From Deltaproteobacteria bacterium (GTDB taxonomy: Bacteria; Desulfobacterota; GWC2-55-46; JAJCZF01), in NCBI GenBank assembly GCA_029262535.1, contig JAJCZF010000082.1, forward strand, positions 31,270-95,269: 64,000 nt of DNA, in the 5' to 3' direction. Of this stretch, positions 18,285-26,260 are shown piece by piece (the stretch's first letter is position 1; each line of letters starts with the position of its first letter). Position numbers and translations under genes: made by a program. The notes under the pieces were generated by a model that had not been told where the DNA came from, searched no databases, and saw only the letters and a list, made by a program, of their open reading frames with translations.

Positions 18285-19659
18285 CCCCAAACCCTTCCGT
18301 AGTATCCATATTCTCAGAGGCACGCCTGATGCTGAGTTCGTTCTTGCAATATATCTTGGACCATACCTTGAGGGGCCTTCTCACAAGCACCTTGAAGACC
18401 CATGCGTTATCTATTAAATCAATTGTCTTATATTCTTCAAAAGCACCCGTAGGCATATTTACGCTGGCCGAGATACTGTAGGAACCGTCGCACATGGGAA
18501 AGCGGGTTTTAAACTCGGCAACGTAACCCTCTCCGGCATGACCTAAAAACATCTCGCCCTTCTCCAGGTAAACCGAGCCCATAAGGAGCTTTATGCCCAT
18601 CTCGTCGCGCACATGGTAAGCGATATTAACCGTAGCGTCTACTTTAAAACAGAGCGACATCCTCACAGCGACTTCAGCGTCGTATTCAAGCTCGTTGACC
18701 GGCGCTCCGTCCTTATCGAGCAGTAGCAGGTCTGTTATGCGCACCTCCCCTGTGCCATACCGAAACTCTTCCATGCGTTTCATAAAGTCCGTATTAACGG
18801 AAAAAGTACCGGCCGGCTCACCATCGCTCCGGTCGGTGGATATCTCTTCCGGTTCGGCCACGGCGTCGCAGGTTTCTATATCGAGCTCTGTGTCGCCTTC
18901 TATCTTTACATTCATCTCATCCCTGAAGCCCTTTACATAAAGGTCAGTTATATCTGAGGCGCCGCCGTAAGCAGCCATCGTCCCGTCCTTTAAAAAGAGC
19001 GCGTTCTTGCAAAGGGATTTTACCGAATCCATGGAGTGAGTTACGAAGAGTATGGTGACGCCATCGTCCATCATGCGCCGTATTTTAGTCATGCACTTTG
19101 CCTGAAAAAAGATGTCGCCCACCGAAAGGGCCTCGTCCACGACCAGTATCTCCGGGCTTACATTTATGGCGGTCGCAAAGGCCAGACGTACATACATGCC
19201 GCTCGAATAGGTCTTAACAGGCTGATCAACAAAATCGCCGATATCGGCGAAAGCGAGTATATCGTCCAAACGCGCCTCTATCTCTTTACGCTTTAGGCCT
19301 ATAATAGCGGCGTTCATAAATACGTTTTCTATGCCTGTAAATTCCGGATTAAAACCCGCGCCCAGCTCAAGGAGCGCCGCAATGCGCCCGTCTACCTCAA
19401 TAAGGCCCTCGGTAGGGTTAAGCACGCCGCATATAAGCTGTAATAAGGTAGACTTACCGGAACCGTTCTTCCCTATGATAGCGAGTGATTCCCCGCGCTC
19501 TATCTCGACGGAAAGATCCTTCAAGGCCCAGAAGTCCCTATATAACTGCCTCCTGCCCCATAGAAAAGACTGTTTTAAACGATCCTGGGGTTTATCGTAA
19601 ATGTGATAACATTTACCGAGCCCCTCCGCTCTTATGACTACATCAGAGGACATCAGCAA
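18259..19659 (-). CDS. wzt: polysaccharide ABC exporter ATP-binding protein Wzt/TagH-type with C-terminal carbohydrate-binding (Wzt_C-like) domain
   Basis: Walker A GKNGSGKST, signature YSSGMYVRLAFA, Walker B ILVVDEALSVGD. An extra beta-rich tail of about 190 aa follows (GTGEVRITDLLLLDKDGAPV...SYSISASVNMP), typical of Wzt glycan-cap-binding domains. Confidence 0.85.
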   Translation of the reverse strand: MLMSSDVVIRAEGLGKCYHIYDKPQDRLKQSFLWGRRQLYRDFWALKDLSVEIERGESLAIIGKNGSGKSTLLQLICGVLNPTEGLIEVDGRIAALLELGAGFNPEFTGIENVFMNAAIIGLKRKEIEARLDDILAFADIGDFVDQPVKTYSSGMYVRLAFATAINVSPEILVVDEALSVGDIFFQAKCMTKIRRMMDDGVTILFVTHSMDSVKSLCKNALFLKDGTMAAYGGASDITDLYVKGFRDEMNVKIEGDTELDIETCDAVAEPEEISTDRSDGEPAGTFSVNTDFMKRMEEFRYGTGEVRITDLLLLDKDGAPVNELEYDAEVAVRMSLCFKVDATVNIAYHVRDEMGIKLLMGSVYLEKGEMFLGHAGEGYVAEFKTRFPMCDGSYSISASVNMPTGAFEEYKTIDLIDNAWVFKVLVRRPLKVWSKIYCKNELSIRRASENMDTTEGFGDVRLSQEK

Positions 19660-20482
19660 AACCCTTTCTCGTTGACTCGAACCATACGAGCCCTAACCAC
19701 GCAATAACGATACTGAACAGCAGGTAAATAAAAAAGTAGGTCCAGTCTGGCATCATACCCCAGAGGACGACCTTTCGAGCCTGAACGATAATGAAAGTAA
19801 GGGGGTTTAAGTACTCTATCAGTGGGCGTAGTATAACGGGCACCGACTTCAGGGGGTAGAATATCGGACTCATGAACATCAAAACCGTCGTACCTATAGC
19901 GACAAGATGAGAGACATCGCGCACGTATACGCCAAGACTGGAGAGAAACCACGAGAATCCAAGTGTCAGGAATATGAGTGGCAATAAGACCAATGGTAAG
20001 AATATACAGGTCCACTGGACTGAGACGTTAACGATAAAATAAAAGACCAAAAGCACTACAAGGCTCATGGCGGCATGAAAAAGCGAGGTTCCAATATTGA
20101 CCCAAGAGAGTATCTCCAGAGGAAATACAACTCGCTTAACGTAGTTGGAATTTGCAATAATAGTACCTGGTGCCTGGATTATGCACTCTGAAAAGATATT
20201 AAAAACGACCAGTCCGGTAAAGAGTATGAGGGCAAAGTCGGCCATCGAACCGGACGACTCGCTCCAACGCGCTTGAAAGATCACACCAAAAACGAATGTA
20301 TAAACGGCAAGCATCAGCAGAGGGTTGAAAAAAGACCACAAAAGACCCATGAAAGATCCTCTATAGCGGCCCAAGATAGAGCGCTTGGTCATCTCCCAGG
20401 CGAGATCCCAGTTACCGGTAAGGCTCCTTACGACCATGTGAGGCCCGGTATGCGCCAGGCTTTTAATTATTTCTCTTAACAT
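19643..20482 (-). CDS. wzm: ABC-2 type polysaccharide exporter permease Wzm
   Basis: 279 aa with about 6 hydrophobic segments and the N-terminal motif RYRGSFMGLLWSFFNPLLML typical of ABC-2 permeases. Overlaps the wzt start. Confidence 0.8.
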   Translation of the reverse strand: MLREIIKSLAHTGPHMVVRSLTGNWDLAWEMTKRSILGRYRGSFMGLLWSFFNPLLMLAVYTFVFGVIFQARWSESSGSMADFALILFTGLVVFNIFSECIIQAPGTIIANSNYVKRVVFPLEILSWVNIGTSLFHAAMSLVVLLVFYFIVNVSVQWTCIFLPLVLLPLIFLTLGFSWFLSSLGVYVRDVSHLVAIGTTVLMFMSPIFYPLKSVPVILRPLIEYLNPLTFIIVQARKVVLWGMMPDWTYFFIYLLFSIVIAWLGLVWFESTRKGFADVL

Positions 20483-20496
20483 GATTAGTTCACACC

Positions 20497-21129
20497 CTAC
20501 AAAGGTTCCGAAAGTTTCTGGAGCCAGCCCCCAGAGCCAATGTCACATATCTTCTCTTCAGAAACCCCGGATTCGACAAGCATCTCTATGAGCCTTTGCC
20601 CCTCATTGAAGCTGGTGAGCACTATCAGGTCGCAATCAACCGCCACCCCCTCACCAAGTGACAAGACCTTCTGATCAAGAAAAAATTGGCCTGCTCGACC
20701 ATCGTCCATAACGGCCACAAGAGAGATATCGACCTCCTTCAGGGAGAGATAGGCAATCTCGGTCACCTCGTCAACACCGCAAAAAGAGACCTTTTTAATA
20801 TCTGACTCCGAAAGCCTCCTGAAAAGAGCGCTAAAGTCCCTTCTCGCAACGCGGTAGAGACCTGTAAAGTTTTGAAGATGATGGTAGGCAAGCCTTGACT
20901 TTTCGATAAAACCCTTGCGGGTAAGATAGTATTTATAGCGATTTCTCGGTATCTCCGAAACGGTGATATAACCCTTGTTGACAAGGTTCTTAAGATACGA
21001 ATTCGTGAGTCCCAGCGCTATGCCAAGCTTCGTTGAGAGGTCGCGTTGGGTAATAGTATCATTAGAAGCAATCTCTTCTAATAGCAAGTAAGACCTTAAA
21101 TCTCCGGACTTTTTCTCATTATTGTTCAT
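20497..21129 (-). CDS. winged-helix (MarR-like, EPS-associated type) transcriptional regulator with C-terminal Rossmann-like domain
   Basis: wHTH segment ITQRDLSTKLGIALGLTNSYLKNLVNKGYITVSEIPRNRYKYYLTRKGFIEKSRL. First gene of the glycan operon, with palindromic operators at its start codon. Confidence 0.6.
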   Translation of the reverse strand: MNNNEKKSGDLRSYLLLEEIASNDTITQRDLSTKLGIALGLTNSYLKNLVNKGYITVSEIPRNRYKYYLTRKGFIEKSRLAYHHLQNFTGLYRVARRDFSALFRRLSESDIKKVSFCGVDEVTEIAYLSLKEVDISLVAVMDDGRAGQFFLDQKVLSLGEGVAVDCDLIVLTSFNEGQRLIEMLVESGVSEEKICDIGSGGWLQKLSEPL

Positions 21130-21191
21130 ACTATGAACAATAACATCTAAATAAGTACTCTGTCAATAACTATGTTCACTATATGAACATA
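21122..21191. promoter_or_regulatory. two TGTTCA-N5-TGAACA palindromic operators (21122-21140 and 21171-21191), centres 50 bp apart
   Basis: TTGTTCATA-C-TATGAACAA is a perfect 9-bp-arm palindrome overlapping the regulator ATG at 21129-21127. TATGTTCA-CTATA-TGAACATA is a perfect 8-bp-arm palindrome. They share the core TGTTCA N5 TGAACA. Confidence 0.5.
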
Positions 21192-21344
21192 AATAATATT
21201 AGACGTCGCATAAACCGCCTGAGAGAGAATATATAAACCCTGACAGGACGACGCATGGATTGACACTATCTGCGATTAAGTTCTATTGTAAAGAAGAAAG
21301 AAAACTGATATCATTTATACTAAGGAGCAAGCGAATACTCTCAG

Positions 21345-21569
21345 ATGAAACCTCTGTATTTAATAGGGCACATTATAAACTCTTCAACGTTAGACTGGTG
21401 CAGGCGCTCCGTGGATATCTTTAAGCAGTTCGTGCTTGACCCGGAAAAATCCGATATAATAGAAAAGTTCTCATCAGAACTCTTTACCACTGAAGAACTC
21501 TATGATTTTCGTCGTCAAGCCAACCTAAAGACCAGAACGCTATACGACCTGGACAGAAATCAAGGATGA
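21345..21569 (+). CDS. hypothetical small protein (74 aa)
   Basis: ORF only. ATGA overlap with the downstream SGNH gene suggests coupling. AAGGAG lies 17 nt upstream, which is too far for a good SD. No family recognised. Confidence 0.3.
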   Translation: MKPLYLIGHIINSSTLDWCRRSVDIFKQFVLDPEKSDIIEKFSSELFTTEELYDFRRQANLKTRTLYDLDRNQG

Positions 21570-22777
21570 GGGCTCCTCGTAAAAACAAGACACTTAAGCT
21601 CCTGCTCTTTCTAATCTTTCAACTTGTAGCCGTCATTTCGATAGCCGAATACTCTTTAAAATACTTCGGTCACAATATCCAGGGCTTGAACCTCCTTCTG
21701 TATAACTCCACTGTCAGCGTTCGGTACGACAACTACGACACTGTGGAAGAGCTCCTCTCAACTACCGTTACCGGCTTTACTCCAAATAAAACATGGAAAC
21801 CGGGCATTAGGACGAACTCTCGCTCTTTTCGCACTAAGGAGTATACCGGACCGCGCGACCCCTCGCTATACAGAATAGTAACAGTCGGCGACTCTTTTAA
21901 CTGGGGAGGTTCCGTAAATTATAATGATACCTGGTCAGTAGAGCTTGAAAGGAGACTTAACATGGCGGCAAAGAAGGCTGTGGAGGTCTTCGCTATCGGA
22001 ATCTCCGGCACTGCGGCTCAGTTCTATCTAAGGCTCTGGGAACTGGAAAAGCCGCGCCTGCGCTCCGACATGGTAATAACCCTCTTCTTTGTAGGCAATG
22101 ACTTTACTGAGGAAAGAGCCATAGCCATAAAGCCATTAAAGAAGGAGGGCCTTGCAAATATCTCTACTCTCTATCGCTTAATCCATAATCTTTATCGGCT
22201 TGCGTCATACAGATCGCTTGTCCAAGAAGCTGACGCCGACAAGACCGACACGCAAGCTCCACCAACCTCTGGTTTCATTCAAGATTATAGAGAAGTCACG
22301 GTTAACAGATTCACTCCGGACGACTACCTGAGGATAGAGGCCGCTCGCATAGCGATCATGCGCAAAGACAAACGCGCATGGCTTGCCGACTCGGCCTACA
22401 GAATTTCAGAAGTCTTTAAGCGCTTCAACGAAGAGGCTCAAATGGAGCAGAAGGATTTTCTGGTCGTTATCGTGCCGGACGAGTTTCAGGTAAATGAAAC
22501 CCTCACGGCGAAGACACTTAAAAGGGCGGGTCTGACGAATAATGATATTGACCTTGATATTGCACAACAACTTCTAAAGGAGAACCTTGACAGGGTGGAT
22601 GTAGGTTTTATTGATTTGCTCGATGAATTCAGGAACGAGAGCGCATCAAGGCGGCTCTATCTTGAACGCAATACCCATTGGAACGCGGATGGACACGCGC
22701 TTGCGGCAGAGATCGTAGCGCGTTATCTCCTGCAAGAGAGCAACACAGTCACAAAAGAACTTGCTACTTCGCCTTGA
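21566..22777 (+). CDS. membrane-anchored SGNH/GDSL-family hydrolase or acyl-esterase
   Basis: N-terminal TM LKLLLFLIFQLVAVISIA. Block I IVTVGDSFNWGG and block V NTHWNADGHALAAEIV (D-x-x-H). Confidence 0.6.
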   Translation: MRAPRKNKTLKLLLFLIFQLVAVISIAEYSLKYFGHNIQGLNLLLYNSTVSVRYDNYDTVEELLSTTVTGFTPNKTWKPGIRTNSRSFRTKEYTGPRDPSLYRIVTVGDSFNWGGSVNYNDTWSVELERRLNMAAKKAVEVFAIGISGTAAQFYLRLWELEKPRLRSDMVITLFFVGNDFTEERAIAIKPLKKEGLANISTLYRLIHNLYRLASYRSLVQEADADKTDTQAPPTSGFIQDYREVTVNRFTPDDYLRIEAARIAIMRKDKRAWLADSAYRISEVFKRFNEEAQMEQKDFLVVIVPDEFQVNETLTAKTLKRAGLTNNDIDLDIAQQLLKENLDRVDVGFIDLLDEFRNESASRRLYLERNTHWNADGHALAAEIVARYLLQESNTVTKELATSP

Positions 22778-23321
22778 CCTGCTTTCTCTGCACATCGAAA
22801 AGGTATTTTGTGATGTCTTGTCTCTCTTCGGCGTCGAGGTGCATAAATTTGAGACCTATATTGAATGATTTACCCTCGCCGTCGTTTGTCTCGTCGACGC
22901 GAGCAACTTCACCTAGCACATTAATATTGGTATAGGGTTTGGGCGGCAGACCGATGGTCAGGCTCAATACCTCACCTAGTTCAAAGCACTCTTTACTGGA
23001 AAAACTAAGGCCGCCTGCGCTAATATTAAGATCATGCAGCCTGGCGGCAGGAGCCGTCCCTTCAGAGCTACTCTCGAACTGGTTTATGATAAAGTTAAGT
23101 TTCTCATCGAGAACCTTAACGAGTAAGAGCATGTCGGTATCGACATTCTTGGCCTTCAGCCTTCTAAGGACCGGAATGATATCTATAAAAGGAGGACGAT
23201 TCCCCTCGGACTTCTTCTTACCCAGTGGTGAAACGGTTATCGGGATAGTGTCGTCAACGCGGAAGTCTTCTCTCTTGTCAAAACCATCTTGCGATCCGTC
23301 AATTGTAAAGTCGTCGGCCAT
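22764..23321 (-). CDS. PilZ domain protein (putative c-di-GMP receptor) with long insertion
   Basis: RxxxR (R17-EDF-R21) and N-x-S-x-x-G (N99 ISAGG) motifs are 78 residues apart. C-terminal beta-barrel segment is VLGEVARVDE...IGLKFMHLDAEERQDITKYLF. Confidence 0.65.
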   Translation of the reverse strand: MADDFTIDGSQDGFDKREDFRVDDTIPITVSPLGKKKSEGNRPPFIDIIPVLRRLKAKNVDTDMLLLVKVLDEKLNFIINQFESSSEGTAPAARLHDLNISAGGLSFSSKECFELGEVLSLTIGLPPKPYTNINVLGEVARVDETNDGEGKSFNIGLKFMHLDAEERQDITKYLFDVQRKQVKAK

Positions 23322-23770
23322 ATTGCTCTCCTTTGAATTAAAAAACTATCTGGCAGAGTCAGACGTTATTGATAATAATTATTTCGAATCTTAACATAAG
23401 TACGGGGAAGTTGGTAGTATTTTTAGATTGACGAGCATTGCAGCGCTGGAAAAAATGACATTACTATCATCATCGCCACTTTCTCTTTTCCAGGAGTAGT
23501 ATAGACCAACTGGAAAGACAAAGTTGGAATTCGGTAGCTTCTTAAAGATCAATATGTGTATTCAATGAAATAGAGAAAATTTATTCAAGTAAGTTGAAGA
23601 GTTTGGAAGAGAGACTTTTGCAGTATGTGGGAATACGGGCTCACCTGTAGCGTTAGATGAACTCTCGCTACTTTCAAAGTACGCAAAACGAGTGATACAT
23701 ATAGTCTACACGCCCCTCCTTCCAGTAAGAAAGCCCAGCATAACAGAGAGCCAAGACTATATGCATCAGA

Positions 23771-24325
23771 TCATTTTTCGGTCTTTGTATCCTTGAATAT
23801 GGTCACGGCACGGTTGTCGCTATTGGAGTAATCCTCAATAAGCGCAGTGAGTCGCTTGGAGATTCTAAGCATATCTTCAGACGGTATTTGCTTTATTACC
23901 TTGCGAGTCTCCGGGTCGATCACCTTAAAGACCATGCTTCCCGAGTCTTTATCGAGCTGAACCTGAAGATCTGAAAAACGTCCGAGCTGAGACCCTACAT
24001 CCTTGGCCAACGCCCTTAGCTCTTCAAAGCTCTTATCAGACAGAGGCTCCTCTTGCTTGGCCTCGGTACGCGCCTTGGCTTCAGCCTTAAAGTCAAAGAC
24101 CTTCTTTACATCAGTCTTCTCAACGCGTTCCTCTTCCTTTTTAGCAGCTATCTGATTAGGAGAGTCTTTGGTATTATCGACCTTATTCGTGCGATTCTGG
24201 TCGTGTTGAAGGGTAGTACGAGTACCTTTTAGAGTGGCATCGTGCTGCGCCTGGACCTTATCACTCTTAAAGAGACTCAAGTCTACCGGATTTTTTGTAT
24301 TCCCTATTTCCATAATGTTCACCAA
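23771..24325 (-). CDS. flaG: FlaG family flagellar protein (copy 1)
   Basis: C-terminal FlaG signature LQVQLDKDSGSMVFKVIDPETRKVIKQIPSEDMLRISKRL. Lies directly downstream of a flagellin gene. Confidence 0.75.
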   Translation of the reverse strand: MVNIMEIGNTKNPVDLSLFKSDKVQAQHDATLKGTRTTLQHDQNRTNKVDNTKDSPNQIAAKKEEERVEKTDVKKVFDFKAEAKARTEAKQEEPLSDKSFEELRALAKDVGSQLGRFSDLQVQLDKDSGSMVFKVIDPETRKVIKQIPSEDMLRISKRLTALIEDYSNSDNRAVTIFKDTKTEK

Positions 24326-24449
24326 GTTATAAAAACGGGTTTAACACGAAGGCCCTATCCTTACTATAACATAAGGTGGGCCTCCGTGCATCCCCAATTT
24401 ATATCCTATCGCGGCTATATTAACCGATCAGGATATTTCACTAACGAGG

Positions 24450-25289
24450 CTACGAGAGCAACGCCAGTGCCGACTGCGGCAGACTGTTAGCCTGTGCGAG
24501 AACCGATACACCGGACTGTACGAGTATCTGGTTCCTTGTGAAGCTGGCCGTCTCCTGTGCGAAGTCAGCATCACGGATTCTGGACTCAGCGGCCTGGAAG
24601 TTCGTGTAAGTAACCGACAGGTTGGCGACTGTAGCCTGGAGCCTGTTGGTGTTGGAACCGAACCTGGCACGCATGGTGTTGACCGAGGTGATAGCGGCCT
24701 TGAGTGTGTCAATCGTAGTCTGGGCCTTACCTGCGGTCGAAAGGTCGCTAGCGTTAAGGTTAAGACCGGCTGCGTTCGTTCTGACATTACCCATGGTCAA
24801 GGTAATCCTGTCGGATCCGGTGACATTTCTGAAGCCTATCTGGATATCGAGCATCGTAGTCGTGACGGCGCCATCGAGAATCTTCTTGCCGTCAAACTCC
24901 GTAACGGATGAAATTCGGCCTATCTCTGCACGAAGGTTTTTAAACTCTTCATTTAGATATCCTCTGGCTTCATCGTCGATAAGACCCGTGGAGGCAGAGA
25001 CCGCAAGCTCATTCATACGAGTAAGTATTTCGCCGACCTTCTCGGCGCTCTTGTCGGCTATCTCAAGGGCGCTGATACCGTCGTTGGCATTACGCATCGC
25101 TGCCTGTATACCTCTGGAGTTGGCTCTAAGCTGATCGGATCTGGCGAGACCGGCGGCGTCGTCGGCCGCGCTGTTTATGCGGTAACCGGACGATAGCCTG
25201 GAAACATTAACTTTAAGTGCGTTGTTGTTGATCTGTAAATTACCCTGCGCCATTAATGACGCTACGTTTGTGTTGATTACTACTCCCAT
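24450..25289 (-). CDS. fliC: flagellin (279 aa, short-variable-domain type), copy 1
   Basis: N-terminus MGVVINTNVASLMAQGNL...RLSSGYRINSAADDAAGLA and C-terminus FQAAESRIRDADFAQETASFTRNQILVQSGVSVLAQANSLPQSALALL. True start is ATG 25289, with GGAG 8 nt upstream; the track start at 25307 is an upstream extension. Confidence 0.95.
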   Translation of the reverse strand: MGVVINTNVASLMAQGNLQINNNALKVNVSRLSSGYRINSAADDAAGLARSDQLRANSRGIQAAMRNANDGISALEIADKSAEKVGEILTRMNELAVSASTGLIDDEARGYLNEEFKNLRAEIGRISSVTEFDGKKILDGAVTTTMLDIQIGFRNVTGSDRITLTMGNVRTNAAGLNLNASDLSTAGKAQTTIDTLKAAITSVNTMRARFGSNTNRLQATVANLSVTYTNFQAAESRIRDADFAQETASFTRNQILVQSGVSVLAQANSLPQSALALLS

Positions 25290-25336
25290 AGTAATTTCTC
25301 CTTCCATAGTTTAGGATTTGGCTTCCATACCAAATT

Positions 25337-25398
25337 AGTGCCATTGTGGTGATGGCACTGCTCTTTTCTCATTAGCATTAGTGGTGGTAATGCTAATG
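25337..25398 (-). other. two strong stem-loops in the flagellin copy-1 5' leader
   Basis: 25337-25359 AGTGCCAT-tgtggtg-ATGGCACT has an 8-bp perfect stem. 25370-25398 CATTAGCATTA-gtggtgg-TAATGCTAATG has an 11-bp perfect stem. On the mRNA strand the loops read CACCACA and CCACCAC. Confidence 0.5.
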
Positions 25399-25557
25399 GT
25401 GCTCTCTAGCGGAAGAGTATCCTTATTAGGCACCTTATTTATGCCTGTATTCAGTTCTGCTTTTTCGTACTTTCCTCCTTTCAAGGCTGCGGAATCGGTC
25501 CTGCCGGTCCCAGGTGTTTCGTAAGTTTACTTGCCCGCAAATGCGTCTTCAGTCATT

Positions 25558-25584
25558 TTATCGGACGCAAGATAAAAAACTTTA
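25558..25584 (-). promoter_or_regulatory. sigma-28 (FliA) promoter of flagellin copy 1
   Basis: The minus strand reads TAAAGTTT-N11-TCCGATAA, against the consensus TAAAGTTT-N11-GCCGATAA. It lies about 270 nt upstream of the ATG. Confidence 0.75.
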
Positions 25585-25645
25585 GCTCTTTTTTGAAATT
25601 TTCTGAAAAAAGTTTTCATTGCCGTTCTTCTCTGCCTTTTGAGAC

Positions 25646-25855
25646 TTAAAAGAAGATCTCGCTATTTTCAAGGTAATCGACTACCTCATCCTTAAGCTCC
25701 TCCATTAGGAACCTTCTCTTTTGCACACAGCCGTCGTCGATACCGGTAATGATCCAGGCCTGTTTTGTACCCAGCGCCCGGTCGCCTTCTGTGGCGTACG
25801 GTCTGCTAGCGGCGCTTCGGGCTCTATCGAGTATGAAGATACCTTTTGCCATCAT
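25646..25855 (-). CDS. hypothetical protein (69 aa)
   Basis: ORF only, positioned between the FliT-like ORF and the flagellin promoter. No motif recognised. Confidence 0.3.
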   Translation of the reverse strand: MMAKGIFILDRARSAASRPYATEGDRALGTKQAWIITGIDDGCVQKRRFLMEELKDEVVDYLENSEIFF

Positions 25856-25874
25856 AGCTCTTTCTTCGGTCAGT

Positions 25875-26201
25875 TCACGACGTTGATCCTTTATAGTAGG
25901 CCGCGATTGCCGGTTTAGATTTCATTCGCTTATGCAACTTTTCGGAAATCTCGTTCTGTCTATCGGTCATAATAAGCGTTAATCTCTTATCGTTATCGAG
26001 TATCTTGGAGATTAACTCCGCGGACTCTTCGTCGTCCGGTCCCGGCCTGAGGCCGGCTCTACTCATCTTTTCCGCAAGCGTCTCCCTCTCCTCCTGGAGA
26101 GAGAGGGCTTCAGTCATACGCCCCTCCTGAAGACTTTCACCCTGCTTAATCGAGAGTTCGAGAAGTCTCTCAAGCGATCTTTTGATCTCTATCTTTTCCA
26201 A
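25875..26201 (-). CDS. small helical protein, FliT-like flagellar export chaperone candidate
   Basis: 108 aa, predicted all-helical and charged. It sits immediately after fliS, where fliT usually lies. The segment ILDNDKRLTLIMTDRQNEISEKL is reminiscent of FliT. Weak call. Confidence 0.4.
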   Translation of the reverse strand: MEKIEIKRSLERLLELSIKQGESLQEGRMTEALSLQEERETLAEKMSRAGLRPGPDDEESAELISKILDNDKRLTLIMTDRQNEISEKLHKRMKSKPAIAAYYKGSTS

Positions 26202-26260
26202 ACATTCTCCTGCACAGGTGGTCCGAAGCGCTTATTAAAAGTGCCTTAACCAGCCTTTAA

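Noticed and set aside
19653-20015. 120-aa minus-strand ORF overlapping wzm in another frame
   Set aside because: It lies entirely inside the permease gene. The translation is Arg/Tyr/Pro-rich with no membrane segments, so it is an off-frame artefact.
23351-23356. TGGCAG on the plus strand as a sigma-54 -24 element (also TGGCAC at 35951-35956)
   Set aside because: No TTGC follows at the right spacing (gacgt and tacc are found instead), and no plus-strand gene lies downstream.
23395-23770. 375-bp ORF-free gap after flaG copy 1, examined for a tRNA, sRNA or repeat
   Set aside because: Only weak hairpins are present (TTTCCAG-n16-CTGGAAA and GTAGCG-n13-CGCTAC). There is no U-tract, no cloverleaf-compatible arms and no promoter consensus, so nothing is supportable by eye.
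24428-25134. ORFs 24428-24787 (-, 119 aa) and 24622-25134 (+, 170 aa) overlapping flagellin copy 1
   Set aside because: These are alternative frames of a highly conserved flagellin gene, with Arg/Ser/Pro-rich translations typical of off-frame reading.
25290-25307. Upstream ATG extension of flagellin copy 1 (MEGEIT-); the same issue applies to flgF (51230-51283), fliS, cheW and cheR
   Set aside because: In each case an internal ATG has a proper SD at 5-9 nt and restores the canonical family N-terminus. The flgF extension would also cover a sigma-54 promoter.
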